Shown: piece by piece, positions 35,303 through 45,346 of the stretch | Layout: each line of letters opens with the position of its first letter | Numbering within the stretch: position 1 is the first letter of the stretch | Position numbers and translations under genes: made by a program | Assembly (NCBI GenBank): GCA_964639835.1 | Contig: CAZXEG010000001.1 | Span: 1,223 to 65,222, forward strand | Direction of reading: 5' to 3' | DNA: 64,000 nucleotides | Source of the DNA: an uncultured Candidatus Saccharibacteria bacterium | GTDB taxonomy: Bacteria > Patescibacteriota > Saccharimonadia > Saccharimonadales > Saccharimonadaceae | Notes under the pieces: model-generated | Told to the model about the DNA's origin: nothing | The model's database searches: none | The model's input: the letters and a program-made list of their open reading frames with translations, nothing else

Positions 35303-35319
35303 GCGCGACAGGGGTGAGG

Positions 35320-35348
35320 TTGACAAATTGGCATAAGTGTGATATAAT
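35320..35348 (+). promoter_or_regulatory. Consensus sigma70 promoter
   Basis: TTGACA-17-TATAAT with AAGTGTGA extension. Confidence 0.75.
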
Positions 35349-35420
35349 GGAAGTATGTAGGGCTCCCAACGTGCGTTTTGGCATGAACAGGGGCTAGTAG
35401 CTTAAAAAGGAGGTTGGAAC

Positions 35421-36296
35421 ATGATGGAAATGGATGATGGCGAGAAGGGGAGGATAATGATGACAGTTGAGATTGTGAGTGCTCTAATAGTGCTCATACT
35501 GCTGGTACTATTTTACCAGCATTGCTCCCAGTTTTTAGATCAGAAGTTTGATGGTGACGATGGGCTTTTTACCGCGAGTCAAAGCGGGGAAAGCCCGGTT
35601 GTGGCTATCGATGATGGTCTAAACAGTGGGACGCTTGAGAGCTTGAAGCTGTCGAGAGACGAGGCGCTCAAGGTGCACGGCAACTTGTACCTCATGAAGG
35701 GGGAAGAGTTGTTTGCACTGTGCAAGGTGCCGAAGAACGAAAACGGCATCGGGGCTTTGGTATCCGGTGACGCGGATGTTTTTGATCTGTACCATTTTGG
35801 AGCTAACTCAGTGTTGGCGCTGGGAGATTTCCCGGTGCCCGAGGCGGGTCCTTCGGACCAGCTGGTGAGTTTTAGCTCGGAAACGCTGACGCTTTATCCG
35901 GCGGAGTTCTTGGGCTTTTCGGTGCCGGTAGTCGAGCATTCGTATGATTTGCCGAAGGTATTGATCTTTACGGCGGATCGGACGATCGGTTTGGACCGCA
36001 AGGGTGCTAGCCAGCTCAAGGTGACTGATGCCGAGGGGCGGGCGGTTTGGTCCCATTACAACCTGAAACACAATGAAACGTATACGGTGTCATGGGTGGA
36101 TGGTGACGCGAGGCGTGAGGTCGAGATGAAGGCCAACTGCCGGTGTTACAGAGTGAACCGCGAAGTTAGTTATCCTCTGGGGTGTCGAATTTTGGAGGAT
36201 GGGAGTTTTGTGTATGATCTTGACGGGGTGCCTGGCGGGATTTATCTGGCTGGGACTGCGACGGGGTCGGGTATCGTGAAAGTTTCTTCAAAGTAA
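35421..36296 (+). CDS. Membrane-anchored hypothetical protein (paralog of the next gene)
   Basis: AAAAGGAGG RBS; N-terminal TM; shared motifs with 36310-37311. Confidence 0.75.
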   Translation: MMEMDDGEKGRIMMTVEIVSALIVLILLVLFYQHCSQFLDQKFDGDDGLFTASQSGESPVVAIDDGLNSGTLESLKLSRDEALKVHGNLYLMKGEELFALCKVPKNENGIGALVSGDADVFDLYHFGANSVLALGDFPVPEAGPSDQLVSFSSETLTLYPAEFLGFSVPVVEHSYDLPKVLIFTADRTIGLDRKGASQLKVTDAEGRAVWSHYNLKHNETYTVSWVDGDARREVEMKANCRCYRVNREVSYPLGCRILEDGSFVYDLDGVPGGIYLAGTATGSGIVKVSSK

Positions 36297-36309
36297 GGAG
36301 GGAAGAGAA

Positions 36310-37311
36310 ATGAAGAAAATTATGTTAGTAGCTCTCGTTTGTGTTATGTTGATTTGTGGATGCAGTAATGGTAGCGCCGGGTCTGTTGGTTCTGGTTCTG
36401 CTGGCTCTTCTGGTTCGGCGGGGGCTTATGAGCCCTTGGCCGAGCAGGCGGCGGCTGTGGATAGCGCGGAAGACCAGGCGGCGCTGACCGAGAATATCGA
36501 GGCGGCGTTGGATGAGCTGGACGATTATGAGGCGTGGAATAACAATGATGGCGCTGGGCAGGCAGAAGTGGTTGCTGCTATAGAGGCGGCTGAGGTTGCG
36601 GAAGCAGCTGAGACGGAACCGCCGGTGAGCGACGATCCGTATGCGATGCTCATGGTTAGCGAGGAGTTTATGAAAGACGAATCACACCGGCAGTTTGTTA
36701 TTGATGCTTGTTTTTTAAAACGCGGAGACAAGATATATTCACTGGATTATCTTCCGATCGATCAGGCACGTCAGTGGAACGTAGGGTTTACCCTGCTAAC
36801 GATGGAAGATATTGCGCGTTTGTCTATGAAGCCAACGTCAGACACTAAAGGAAGAGTTATGATGGGGGAGATTCCGATAGTTACCGTTGAACCTGACGAT
36901 CAGCTAGTTGTCTATAGCAGTAGTTGGAGAGCTTGGACGCTGTTTCCGGTAACCGAAGTAACCTATACATTTAGGCATTACGGAAGTACAGCGGGACAAA
37001 TTGTTACTATTAACCCTGATTACTCAGAAGGCTGTGGTGACCATTTTCAGCTGGTAGACGCAAATGGTAAGGAAGTTGAGAACATTAATGCGTTGGAGCA
37101 TAATGGGCAATATAAATTGTCCTGGGTACAAGGTTCTCAGTTGCGCGAGTTGAACGTTGTGGCAGATGCAAAATTTTTGGAGTATGACGAAAGCGATCGT
37201 TTAACGGCGCCAGGTGAAGCGACGACGGAAGGGTATGCGGTCGTAGATCTGTCGGGTATTCCTGCAGGAATTTACGTAAACCAGAGTGGTGCAGCGATAG
37301 AAATCAAATGA
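36310..37311 (+). CDS. Putative lipoprotein (paralog of the previous gene)
   Basis: MKK-hydrophobic-ICGC lipobox-like, Ser/Gly linker. Confidence 0.7.
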   Translation: MKKIMLVALVCVMLICGCSNGSAGSVGSGSAGSSGSAGAYEPLAEQAAAVDSAEDQAALTENIEAALDELDDYEAWNNNDGAGQAEVVAAIEAAEVAEAAETEPPVSDDPYAMLMVSEEFMKDESHRQFVIDACFLKRGDKIYSLDYLPIDQARQWNVGFTLLTMEDIARLSMKPTSDTKGRVMMGEIPIVTVEPDDQLVVYSSSWRAWTLFPVTEVTYTFRHYGSTAGQIVTINPDYSEGCGDHFQLVDANGKEVENINALEHNGQYKLSWVQGSQLRELNVVADAKFLEYDESDRLTAPGEATTEGYAVVDLSGIPAGIYVNQSGAAIEIK

Positions 37312-37332
37312 TTTTTCCAACTTCTTTATTAC

Positions 37333-37363
37333 AATACGCCGAGCGTAAGCTCGGCGTATTTTT
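37333..37363 (+). terminator. Intrinsic terminator
   Basis: aatacgccgagc-gtaa-gctcggcgtatt plus T-tract. Confidence 0.8.
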
Positions 37364-37399
37364 GTGCTTTTGAAAGAGCTTGTGGTATAATGGGTATAT

Positions 37400-38266
37400 A
37401 TGGATTCGTCATACAACGCTAGTTTTGGCATGATGCCACAGGCACCGGTGGTGAGTTCTGGTGGTGGTGATGTGATTTTGTCATCCAGTAAAGGTGGCAA
37501 AGGCTCGCGAAAGTGGTTAGTTGGTGGAATCTTGGCTATCATAATACTTGTAATTATAGTGGCGATTCTGGTGATAGTGAGTAATTTAAATGGGAAGAAC
37601 AACGGTCATGATGCAGTGAGTATATCAGAACAATATTTGAATTACGTGGTGAACGGAGATGTGAATAATAATGTGGAAGTAGGCACAAATTATTCCGGAG
37701 AGAGGGGCTATTATTTTGCAAAGGTTTTTTACTATGGAGATGATATTGAATGGAGTGGTTTTTTGAGTACGACAAATGGGCTTTTGGACGCGCTACAGCG
37801 AAAAATAAGTGACGAAACGCAAGTTTTTGATGGGCACAAAGAGATGCTGGCTTTTTTCAACGTATATCGGAATTTAAAACAATTTGGGCCATCAAGTTTA
37901 ATGGAAAAGATAGTGATGGGCGAGCTTGAAATTACATCGGAATCAATTAATAACGAGCTAAATGGATTAGATACGAATTTTAATGGATATATTGCACAAT
38001 ATGTTGAAAATGAAAAGGCAATATTGACGAAAGTTGGTGAGGTGAGCGCGTTGCTACAGGACAATGGGTGTGCGGTGAATAGCTTGGAAGAGCTAGAAGC
38101 TTGTCAGCTATCGGAAGAAGCGAGAGGGATTTATGATGGTAAGATAGATGAAGTGCTTACGTTGCAAAATGATGTTGTCTATGTAATAAGTGTAGCGGTG
38201 CCGTATTATATTGAGACGGTCTATGGATTGCATGATAATTTGAGCGCGGGGGTAGTGGATGAATAA
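37400..38266 (+). CDS. Membrane-anchored hypothetical protein
   Basis: Single TM after basic patch; AT-rich; overlaps the next start. Confidence 0.7.
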   Translation: MDSSYNASFGMMPQAPVVSSGGGDVILSSSKGGKGSRKWLVGGILAIIILVIIVAILVIVSNLNGKNNGHDAVSISEQYLNYVVNGDVNNNVEVGTNYSGERGYYFAKVFYYGDDIEWSGFLSTTNGLLDALQRKISDETQVFDGHKEMLAFFNVYRNLKQFGPSSLMEKIVMGELEITSESINNELNGLDTNFNGYIAQYVENEKAILTKVGEVSALLQDNGCAVNSLEELEACQLSEEARGIYDGKIDEVLTLQNDVVYVISVAVPYYIETVYGLHDNLSAGVVDE

Positions 38267-41200
38267 GGTGCTAAAGAAAATATTGGCGGGGCTAGTGTGT
38301 AGTATGATAGTGGCGGTTTTTGCGACTTCAGAAACTCATGCGGCAATTAATGAGGGCGATGCGATTTATCAGAAAGCATTTTACGAGGGTGTGGTGACTT
38401 GTTACATGACCAATGAGAGTGCAGGCGGGTTGGTGGGGCAAGTCGAACTGAATACATTTGATGGCTCGGTGAACGCGCTGGTGCCAAACGCTAACGGCCT
38501 GGAGGGCGGAAAAGTTGTGCCGATTCTGGGAAGTAATAAAGGGAGTTTGTCCAATGGGCTACCGGGTATTTCGTGTGCAACGCTTTTGTCATCTAAAACA
38601 GCAATGAAAGTTTCGAGTGGGGCGAGCAGAGATACGGCACAGAACAAGAAGACTTTGGAAAATTTGCAATATACGTTAGAAAGTGGAAGTACGGCAAGCG
38701 ATAGTAAGAAGTGTTTGAGCTTTAAGTATGTGCAGGCAAAGAGCGATCAGGATCGGGAGCTGAAAGATACGCCGACGGCATGTATCGAGGGGAGTGGGGG
38801 AAACCGAGTGTGGCAAATTATAGACAATGGAAGTGGAATAATTACGTTTACCGGAGCAGGGACGAGCATACTTACTATTACGGTGTCGGCTAATGGGCCG
38901 GCGAATGTTATTCCGCACGAGGAGACGCAGAATGTGGAGTTGAGCGGAAAGTCGGATGGTGAGGCGTTTAAGACAATAGGCGATGCATTAACGGGGTTAC
39001 TCGATACTAATTACGCTAAAGCTAAATTTGCGAAGAGCGTAGGAACCGTAAGTAGTGGAACTAGTGGTAATATTCCTATAACTGCTAGATTCTATGCGGC
39101 TTGTTATAGCTTTACCGTCGGTACGAATAGGTTGACTTGTAATGGTACTGAATCGGGTTTTAGCCTCGATGAGTTAGGCGGAACTTTTGGTAGCGCGGCA
39201 AATTTGTCGGGTACATATAATAAGCCAAGCGTGGATAGATCGGGACGTAGTACCGTAATCCCGAAAATTTTGCAGAACCTTTCCGGTGATAAGTACAAGA
39301 CTTATGGCGGATTAGCATTGACTGAAAAAGAGGTATATAAGTTGTATTATAGCTATTTGCAAGATTATTTTGGGATGTCAGATTTTCAATGTAGTGACAC
39401 GGCGATTAGCACGGATCGGAATTTTAAAGATATTAAAATGTGGGATCCAAATAGCGGAAAATGGATGGAGCATTGTAATTTTGACGCAAATGGGACAGAA
39501 AGTGTACAGAGTGGCTCGACTTTTCAAACACATACGATTGAAGTGTGGGGGGTGTTTGACGATGGAGAGCGAAGAAACCATTTTGGCAATGCAATTACTT
39601 TGGAACAGCTGGTCGAAAGAATAAAGTCGATGAATATCACGGATAATCCGGGGGTGGTTAGCGGAAGTAGTGGCGGATCTAATGGCAATAGTACTAACAA
39701 TACCAGTAGCAACAGTAATAGCAACAGTAGTTGCTATGGTTCGAGTTTAGGGAGTACGGAGTGGATACTTTGCCCGGCGATGGAAAATATGCAATATACG
39801 GCAAGTGGGCTTGATAAGATTGTGCAAGATTGGTTGGAAGTCAAATCTAATTCTTATGATAGCAATTCTAATCTACGTATTGGTTGGGAAGTAGTGCGAA
39901 ATGTGGCAAATATAGCAATGATTGGAGCGCTGGTGGTGATTATATTCTCGCAAATTACGGGATACGGGATTGACAACTATGGAATTAAGAAGATGTTGCC
40001 AAAGTTGATACTGGTGGCGATATTAATAAATTTGAGTTTTGTGATATGCCAAGTGGCGGTAGACGCTTCAAATATTCTGGGTGTGGGGCTGAGAAATTTA
40101 TTTGGCTCGATTGGTGGCGCCTTGGATGACCCCGAACTTACAGGGAATGAATTCATTGGGAGAGCAATTGCTGGAATTTTTACGGCTTCAAGCGCGCTTG
40201 GGACGGTGGTCGGCATGGCAGGGGGGGCGGCGGCATTTGTTACGGGGGGAGGGTTAGCAGTGATTATAGTAATACTAGCTTTAATACCGATACTGTTGGC
40301 GGTATTAACATTCTTTATTATGCTAGGGGCGAGACAGATTATTATTATATTGTGTATAGTGCTGGCACCGATAGCGTTCGTGGCGTATATATTGCCGAAC
40401 ACGCAAAGCTTCTTTAAGAGATGGTGGAAACTATTCGAGGCGGCTTTGGTGATATTTCCGATTTGTGGAGCGCTTGGTGGTATCAGTGTGATGGTAAGAG
40501 GGCTTTTAGGTAGTGGCGACGAGCTTTGGCAGTGGGTGGTGGCGATGTTGTTGCCGTATTTGCCGTTTTTCCTATTGCCGGCGTTACTCAGGGGAGCGCT
40601 ATCGGCGCTTGGAACGGTGGGTGGTGCGATTACGGCCGGGTTGACGGCGCTTCGGACTGGGGCTAATAAGGCGATAGATACGGGGCGGGGTGCTTTGCAG
40701 GGTACGGAAGCGTACAAGAATGCACAGAATGAGGCGGCGAGGCGTAGGCAAGAGCGGAATGCGCAGAGAATTTTGAATAGAACCAATGGAAGCGTCGACG
40801 CATTGAAGGCTCAGGCTGCGAATGGCGATAGAAGGGCGCAGAGATTATTGAGAATGCGTGAAAATGCACAACAGACGATGAATCAATTGACTAATGAGCA
40901 GGAAAGAGCGAATGCAGGTGCGACTTTGGAATTGACCCCAGAGATGGCAGCAAGACGGGCGCAGTCTGGTATAGATGCGCAGAGGTTCAAGGAGAATCAA
41001 GAGGAGTTTGCGGGTTATGACAAAAATGAATTGCAACAGGTAGCTAATAATGCCGGTAGTTGGCTGAGGGAGCCTGGAGGTACGCAGAGAATGACTGCGT
41101 TAATTCAGGCGATGGAGTCTCAAGGGATGCAGTCCAATATTTATGACATGCTAAGGCGGAACAATGTGAGTAATAACGCTGGCATCATGCAATCTTTGTC

Positions 41201-41720
41201 GAATTCGAGTGATAAAATTTTGAAAGCATATGGCAAGAAGGGCGCCGGAGTGGACTATAGTGCTTTTATGTCTGGGACGGGCGCTGGTAGTTTGCATGGA
41301 TATGCACAGGAAAAAGGCGCAGATTTCTTGAATGGCTTGGATGATAAGTCGTTGGCGGAAATTCTCAGAACTGGAGGTGGCGCACTAAGCGATGCACAAT
41401 TGATGCAGGCGGCGGCGAGTATGACTGGGCAGGATGCAGTTGACCAAGTTGATGGACTAATTCGACAAAGAATTTCGCAAAGAAATGCCAGAGGGGAGTC
41501 GGCTGGGTTCCAGTTCTCGGCGGATCAGTTATCGCGATTTAATAGTAGTACAATGTCTTTGCTGGCTCAGCATGCACGTACCGATTCAGATTTGCAGAAT
41601 GCTATTGTGGCGGCTTCGTCTGGAATGACACAAGAACAAGTTAGCAAACTCGATCCGTCTGTTCGACAGCAAATCAACAATGTGCGGGCGAACGCCATGG
41701 GCAATGGTCAAGATATATAA
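38259..41720 (+). CDS. Large secreted/membrane protein with a VirB6/TrbL-like multi-TM core
   Basis: WEVVRNVANI..IFSQITGYGIDNYGIKKMLPKLILVAILINLSF, LAPIAFVAYILPNT..FKRWW. Confidence 0.7.
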   Translation: MNKVLKKILAGLVCSMIVAVFATSETHAAINEGDAIYQKAFYEGVVTCYMTNESAGGLVGQVELNTFDGSVNALVPNANGLEGGKVVPILGSNKGSLSNGLPGISCATLLSSKTAMKVSSGASRDTAQNKKTLENLQYTLESGSTASDSKKCLSFKYVQAKSDQDRELKDTPTACIEGSGGNRVWQIIDNGSGIITFTGAGTSILTITVSANGPANVIPHEETQNVELSGKSDGEAFKTIGDALTGLLDTNYAKAKFAKSVGTVSSGTSGNIPITARFYAACYSFTVGTNRLTCNGTESGFSLDELGGTFGSAANLSGTYNKPSVDRSGRSTVIPKILQNLSGDKYKTYGGLALTEKEVYKLYYSYLQDYFGMSDFQCSDTAISTDRNFKDIKMWDPNSGKWMEHCNFDANGTESVQSGSTFQTHTIEVWGVFDDGERRNHFGNAITLEQLVERIKSMNITDNPGVVSGSSGGSNGNSTNNTSSNSNSNSSCYGSSLGSTEWILCPAMENMQYTASGLDKIVQDWLEVKSNSYDSNSNLRIGWEVVRNVANIAMIGALVVIIFSQITGYGIDNYGIKKMLPKLILVAILINLSFVICQVAVDASNILGVGLRNLFGSIGGALDDPELTGNEFIGRAIAGIFTASSALGTVVGMAGGAAAFVTGGGLAVIIVILALIPILLAVLTFFIMLGARQIIIILCIVLAPIAFVAYILPNTQSFFKRWWKLFEAALVIFPICGALGGISVMVRGLLGSGDELWQWVVAMLLPYLPFFLLPALLRGALSALGTVGGAITAGLTALRTGANKAIDTGRGALQGTEAYKNAQNEAARRRQERNAQRILNRTNGSVDALKAQAANGDRRAQRLLRMRENAQQTMNQLTNEQERANAGATLELTPEMAARRAQSGIDAQRFKENQEEFAGYDKNELQQVANNAGSWLREPGGTQRMTALIQAMESQGMQSNIYDMLRRNNVSNNAGIMQSLSNSSDKILKAYGKKGAGVDYSAFMSGTGAGSLHGYAQEKGADFLNGLDDKSLAEILRTGGGALSDAQLMQAAASMTGQDAVDQVDGLIRQRISQRNARGESAGFQFSADQLSRFNSSTMSLLAQHARTDSDLQNAIVAASSGMTQEQVSKLDPSVRQQINNVRANAMGNGQDI

Positions 41721-41724
41721 CTAG

Positions 41725-42516
41725 TTAAATGGTTTTGGTGGCCTGGATGACGTGATCAAAGAGGCAGGTGACGGTGAGGGGGCCGACGCCGCCGAGGATG
41801 GGGGTGATGGCAGCGAGGTCTTGGCGAGAGCGAAGGTCGTCGGCGAGGTCGCCTTTTAAGACGCCTTTGTCGGAGGCGGTGCCGGCGTCTACGAGGACGG
41901 CGCCGGGACTGACGTAAGAACTCAAGATTAAGCCGGGTTGACCGGTTGCGCTTATGATTATATCAAAGTTTGTGAGATTTGTCAAGTCGGAACCCTTGTG
42001 AAAGATAGTGACGTCGTAGCCGCTCTCTCGCCACATTTTGGCGAGGGGGGCGCCGACGAGTTTGCCACGACCGATGATGGCAATCTTTTTGCCCTTTAAA
42101 TTGATGTCGTAGCCGGCGAGGAGCCAGTGGATGGCGGTGGCGGTGGCGGAGTCAAAGGCGCCGGGTTTGCCGGAGAGGCCGTCGACGTCTTTTTCGGGTT
42201 TGATGAGGGAGGTGATTTCGTCGGTTTTTGCTTTATCTTTAATTGGGAGTTGCAAAATAATGCCGTGAACGTGCGGGTTGTCATTAGCGGCTAAGATTTT
42301 GGACTTGACGTTTTCAGCGTCTCTTGCGACGTAGTCGGTAACTTTGACGCCGATGTCTTCGCCGTATTTGATTTTGAGATTGACGTATTTGGTGATGACC
42401 GGGTCGCTTGAGTCGCGGATGATGAGGAGATGGGGTGTGACCTCGAGGGACGCGACCTCGTGGGCTTGGCGCTCCTTGATGAAACCGGCGAGTTCTTTGC
42501 CACTTAGGATTTTCAT
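41725..42516 (-). CDS. folD: Methylenetetrahydrofolate dehydrogenase/cyclohydrolase
   Basis: YVNLK, GIILQLP, KDVDG, IGRGKLVGAP, GDL, GGVGPLTV. Confidence 0.9.
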   Translation of the reverse strand: MKILSGKELAGFIKERQAHEVASLEVTPHLLIIRDSSDPVITKYVNLKIKYGEDIGVKVTDYVARDAENVKSKILAANDNPHVHGIILQLPIKDKAKTDEITSLIKPEKDVDGLSGKPGAFDSATATAIHWLLAGYDINLKGKKIAIIGRGKLVGAPLAKMWRESGYDVTIFHKGSDLTNLTNFDIIISATGQPGLILSSYVSPGAVLVDAGTASDKGVLKGDLADDLRSRQDLAAITPILGGVGPLTVTCLFDHVIQATKTI

Positions 42517-43538
42517 TTGGGGGCTCCCTTGTCCTTGGTGTCGATAATTTCGACGGGTTCTTGTTCGAGCCAGTAGCCGAATTTGTCGTAAACGGCGCTG
42601 GCGATTTCCCCGCGGGCTTTGGCGAGATTTTCGTAGGTGCCGGCGGATTCGTTGATGAGGTTTAGGGCGGCCTTGTCGTTTATGCGGATGCCGTGAAGGA
42701 GTTGGCCCTTTAAGCCGACTTGTTCGATGAGCCAGCCGGCGTTGATTTTATTGCCATCTTTGCCACGGTGGACGGGGTAGCCCTTTTCGATGGCAGCTTC
42801 GGCGGCGCGGTCGTCTAGATAAACGTTTTTGAAGAAGGAACCGGCGCTGGGCTTTATGCTAGGGTCGGGGAGTTTGTCAGCGCGGATCTTAGTGACAATG
42901 TCGCGGAGGCCTTTGGGGCTAAAGTCGGTGAGGTGGTTCTCTTCGATGTGAGCCTCGATGGAATTGTAGAAGGGGCGGGGCATTTGACCCTGTTTTAACC
43001 TGAGGGTGACGCTGGTGATGAAAAAGCGGCCCTGTTTGGTGGTATTGAGGGCGGACTTGCGGTAGGAGAAGTCAAGGTCCTTGGCGCCGAGCTCGACGAG
43101 ACCACGGGTGACGGTGTCGTAGGCGGTGGCGCTTTCGAAGGTTTGGGAGAGGTCCTGACCGTAGGCGCCGATGTTTTGAACGGGGGCGGCGCCGGTGAGG
43201 CCGGGGATTTTGCTCAGGGCCTCGATGCCGGTGTAACCCTTTTCGCAGGCGTAGGCGACGACGCTGTCCCATGGTTCGCCGGCGGCGATGGTGAGGATGC
43301 CGTCTTGATCGTTGAATCCTCTGAGGCGGTTTAAGAGAATGACGCCGTTAAAACCTTCGTCGTGACCGATGGTATTGGCGCCGCCACCGAGAATGAAAGT
43401 GGGGAGCCAGTAGGCTTCGGCGAAACCGTAGGCTTCGGGGATGTCCTTGGGCTCGGCGATTTCGAGGACGTAGCGTGCGGGGCCGCCGATGCGCATGGTG
43501 GTGAGGCTAGAAATCAAGATGTTTTCGTAAACTTTCAT
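42513..43538 (-). CDS. murB: UDP-N-acetylenolpyruvoylglucosamine reductase
   Basis: TTMRIGGPA, LGGGAN, IPGLTGAAPVQNIGAYG, FSYRKS, SAGSFFKN, LEQEP; start at MKVYE. Confidence 0.92.
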   Translation of the reverse strand: MKVYENILISSLTTMRIGGPARYVLEIAEPKDIPEAYGFAEAYWLPTFILGGGANTIGHDEGFNGVILLNRLRGFNDQDGILTIAAGEPWDSVVAYACEKGYTGIEALSKIPGLTGAAPVQNIGAYGQDLSQTFESATAYDTVTRGLVELGAKDLDFSYRKSALNTTKQGRFFITSVTLRLKQGQMPRPFYNSIEAHIEENHLTDFSPKGLRDIVTKIRADKLPDPSIKPSAGSFFKNVYLDDRAAEAAIEKGYPVHRGKDGNKINAGWLIEQVGLKGQLLHGIRINDKAALNLINESAGTYENLAKARGEIASAVYDKFGYWLEQEPVEIIDTKDKGAPK

Positions 43539-43720
43539 TAAAAATAGTATAGCATAGGTTGAAGTAGTTCGCAATTGATACAGGGGTGAAAACGCTTGCT
43601 CTCGGCGGGGGGTTGATTTTTGGGTTGGTTTGTGCTAGTTTATATGGCAGAAAATAGGAAAGTCAACCCTATTTTCTATCATTAAAATATTGTATAATAG
43701 TCATAAAGGAAGGTAATACT

Positions 43721-44773
43721 ATGACGAAAAAAGATGTGGTGGCAGAAAAAAGCGATAAGCCTGAGGCGAAGGGGGCGGGTGCGGTGAAGAAAGACGATGG
43801 GAGGGCGGAGGCGTTGAAGCTGGCGCTTCAGCAGATTACGAAACAGTTTGGTGATGGGTCGATTATGAAGCTGGGTGAGACGCCGAAGATGGATGTGGAG
43901 CTTTTACCGTCGGGGTCTTTGTCGCTTGATTTGGCGCTTGGGGGCGGGTGGCCGAAGGGGCGGATTATTGAGATTTATGGGCCGGAATCGTCGGGAAAGA
44001 CGACTTTGGCGCTACACGCGATTTCGGAGATTCAGAAGCAGGGTGGGCAGGCAGCGTTTATCGATGCAGAGCATGCGCTCGACCCGGCGTATGCGAAGAA
44101 GATTGGGGTGGACACGGCGAATCTTTTGATTTCGCAGCCGGATAACGGGGAGCAGGCGCTCGAGATTTGCGAGACGTTGGTGCGGTCTAATGCGGTAGAT
44201 TTAATTGTGGTGGACTCGGTGGCGGCGCTGGTGCCACAGGCGGAAATCGACGGTGATATGGGAGATGCGCAGATGGGGCTTCAGGCGCGGCTGATGTCGC
44301 AGGCGATGCGGAAGCTCACTGGGATTATCTCGAAATCTAGAGCGACGGTGATTTTCATTAACCAGATTCGGATGAAGATCGGGGTGATGTTTGGTAACCC
44401 AGAGACGACGACGGGTGGTAATGCGCTGAAGTTTTACGCGAGCGTGCGGGTGGACATTCGGCGGATTGGGCAGATTAAGGACGGCGATGCGATTTCGGGC
44501 AACCGGACGAAGATTAAGGTGGTGAAGAACAAGATTGCGGCGCCATTTCGGACGGCGGAGTTTGATATCATGTATAATGAGGGGATATCGAAGACGGGGG
44601 ATGTGCTAGACCTCGGGGTGCAGTATGGAGTGCTGGAGAAGGCGGGGGCGTTCATTAAGTATAATGGCGAGACGTTGGGGCAGGGGCGTGAAGCGGTGAA
44701 GAAATTGTTCCGCGAGAAGCCGGAATTGATGGCAGAAGTGGAAGCTAAGGTGCGAGAGAAGGCCGGAATTTAA
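43721..44773 (+). CDS. recA: Recombinase RecA
   Basis: [52 protein letters not shown]. Confidence 0.98.
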   Translation: MTKKDVVAEKSDKPEAKGAGAVKKDDGRAEALKLALQQITKQFGDGSIMKLGETPKMDVELLPSGSLSLDLALGGGWPKGRIIEIYGPESSGKTTLALHAISEIQKQGGQAAFIDAEHALDPAYAKKIGVDTANLLISQPDNGEQALEICETLVRSNAVDLIVVDSVAALVPQAEIDGDMGDAQMGLQARLMSQAMRKLTGIISKSRATVIFINQIRMKIGVMFGNPETTTGGNALKFYASVRVDIRRIGQIKDGDAISGNRTKIKVVKNKIAAPFRTAEFDIMYNEGISKTGDVLDLGVQYGVLEKAGAFIKYNGETLGQGREAVKKLFREKPELMAEVEAKVREKAGI

Positions 44774-44787
44774 ACGTAAGGACAAAA

Positions 44788-45339
44788 ATGCATACGGATG
44801 AAATGTGGCAGTTATATAAGCCGAATGGTGAGCCGATTGTAGGCGAAGGGTGGCCGTCTTGCAAGGATAATCCAGTGGATGAGACACAGATTGTGGGGGC
44901 GGCGATAGTTTTTATCTATCGGAAGAATCGGGAGGGGCAACTGGAGTTTTTGTGGCAAAAGAGATCCGATAAGGTTAGCAGTTATCCTGGTAAGTTTGAT
45001 TTTTCGGCGGGAGGGCATATTAATTTGGGCGAATCTTTGATCGAGGCGGCTTTGCGTGAGGCGCATGAGGAAATTGGCGCGAAGATTATGGCAGACGATC
45101 TAATGCTTTTAACGATGGTCGGGTATGGAAAAAACCGGTTTGGCTGGGTGTATTTGGTAGATTTTACAGGTAAGCCAGAAGAGTTTGAATTTGACGATGG
45201 AGAAGTAAGCGAGATAAGGTGGGTGCCGTATGCAGGGATGGATGTGTTTCGAAAGAAATATGCGAAAAAATCTATAGTAAAGGATGAGGTAACGTTTACG
45301 GCGCTTGATGAATGGCTGAGGGCAAGAGAACTGGTTTAG
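44788..45339 (+). CDS. NUDIX hydrolase
   Basis: GGHINLGESLIEAALREAHEEIG Nudix box. Confidence 0.88.
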   Translation: MHTDEMWQLYKPNGEPIVGEGWPSCKDNPVDETQIVGAAIVFIYRKNREGQLEFLWQKRSDKVSSYPGKFDFSAGGHINLGESLIEAALREAHEEIGAKIMADDLMLLTMVGYGKNRFGWVYLVDFTGKPEEFEFDDGEVSEIRWVPYAGMDVFRKKYAKKSIVKDEVTFTALDEWLRARELV

Positions 45340-45346
45340 GATTTTG

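Noticed and set aside
39675-39735. AAC/AAT-rich stretch as a DGR template repeat
   Set aside because: In-frame Asn/Ser linker of the VirB6-like gene with no similarity to the FISUMP 3' end.
30623-41720. tRNA-anchored integrative element or prophage
   Set aside because: The accessory block lies 5' of the tRNAs, with no duplicated tRNA 3' end, integrase or phage genes.
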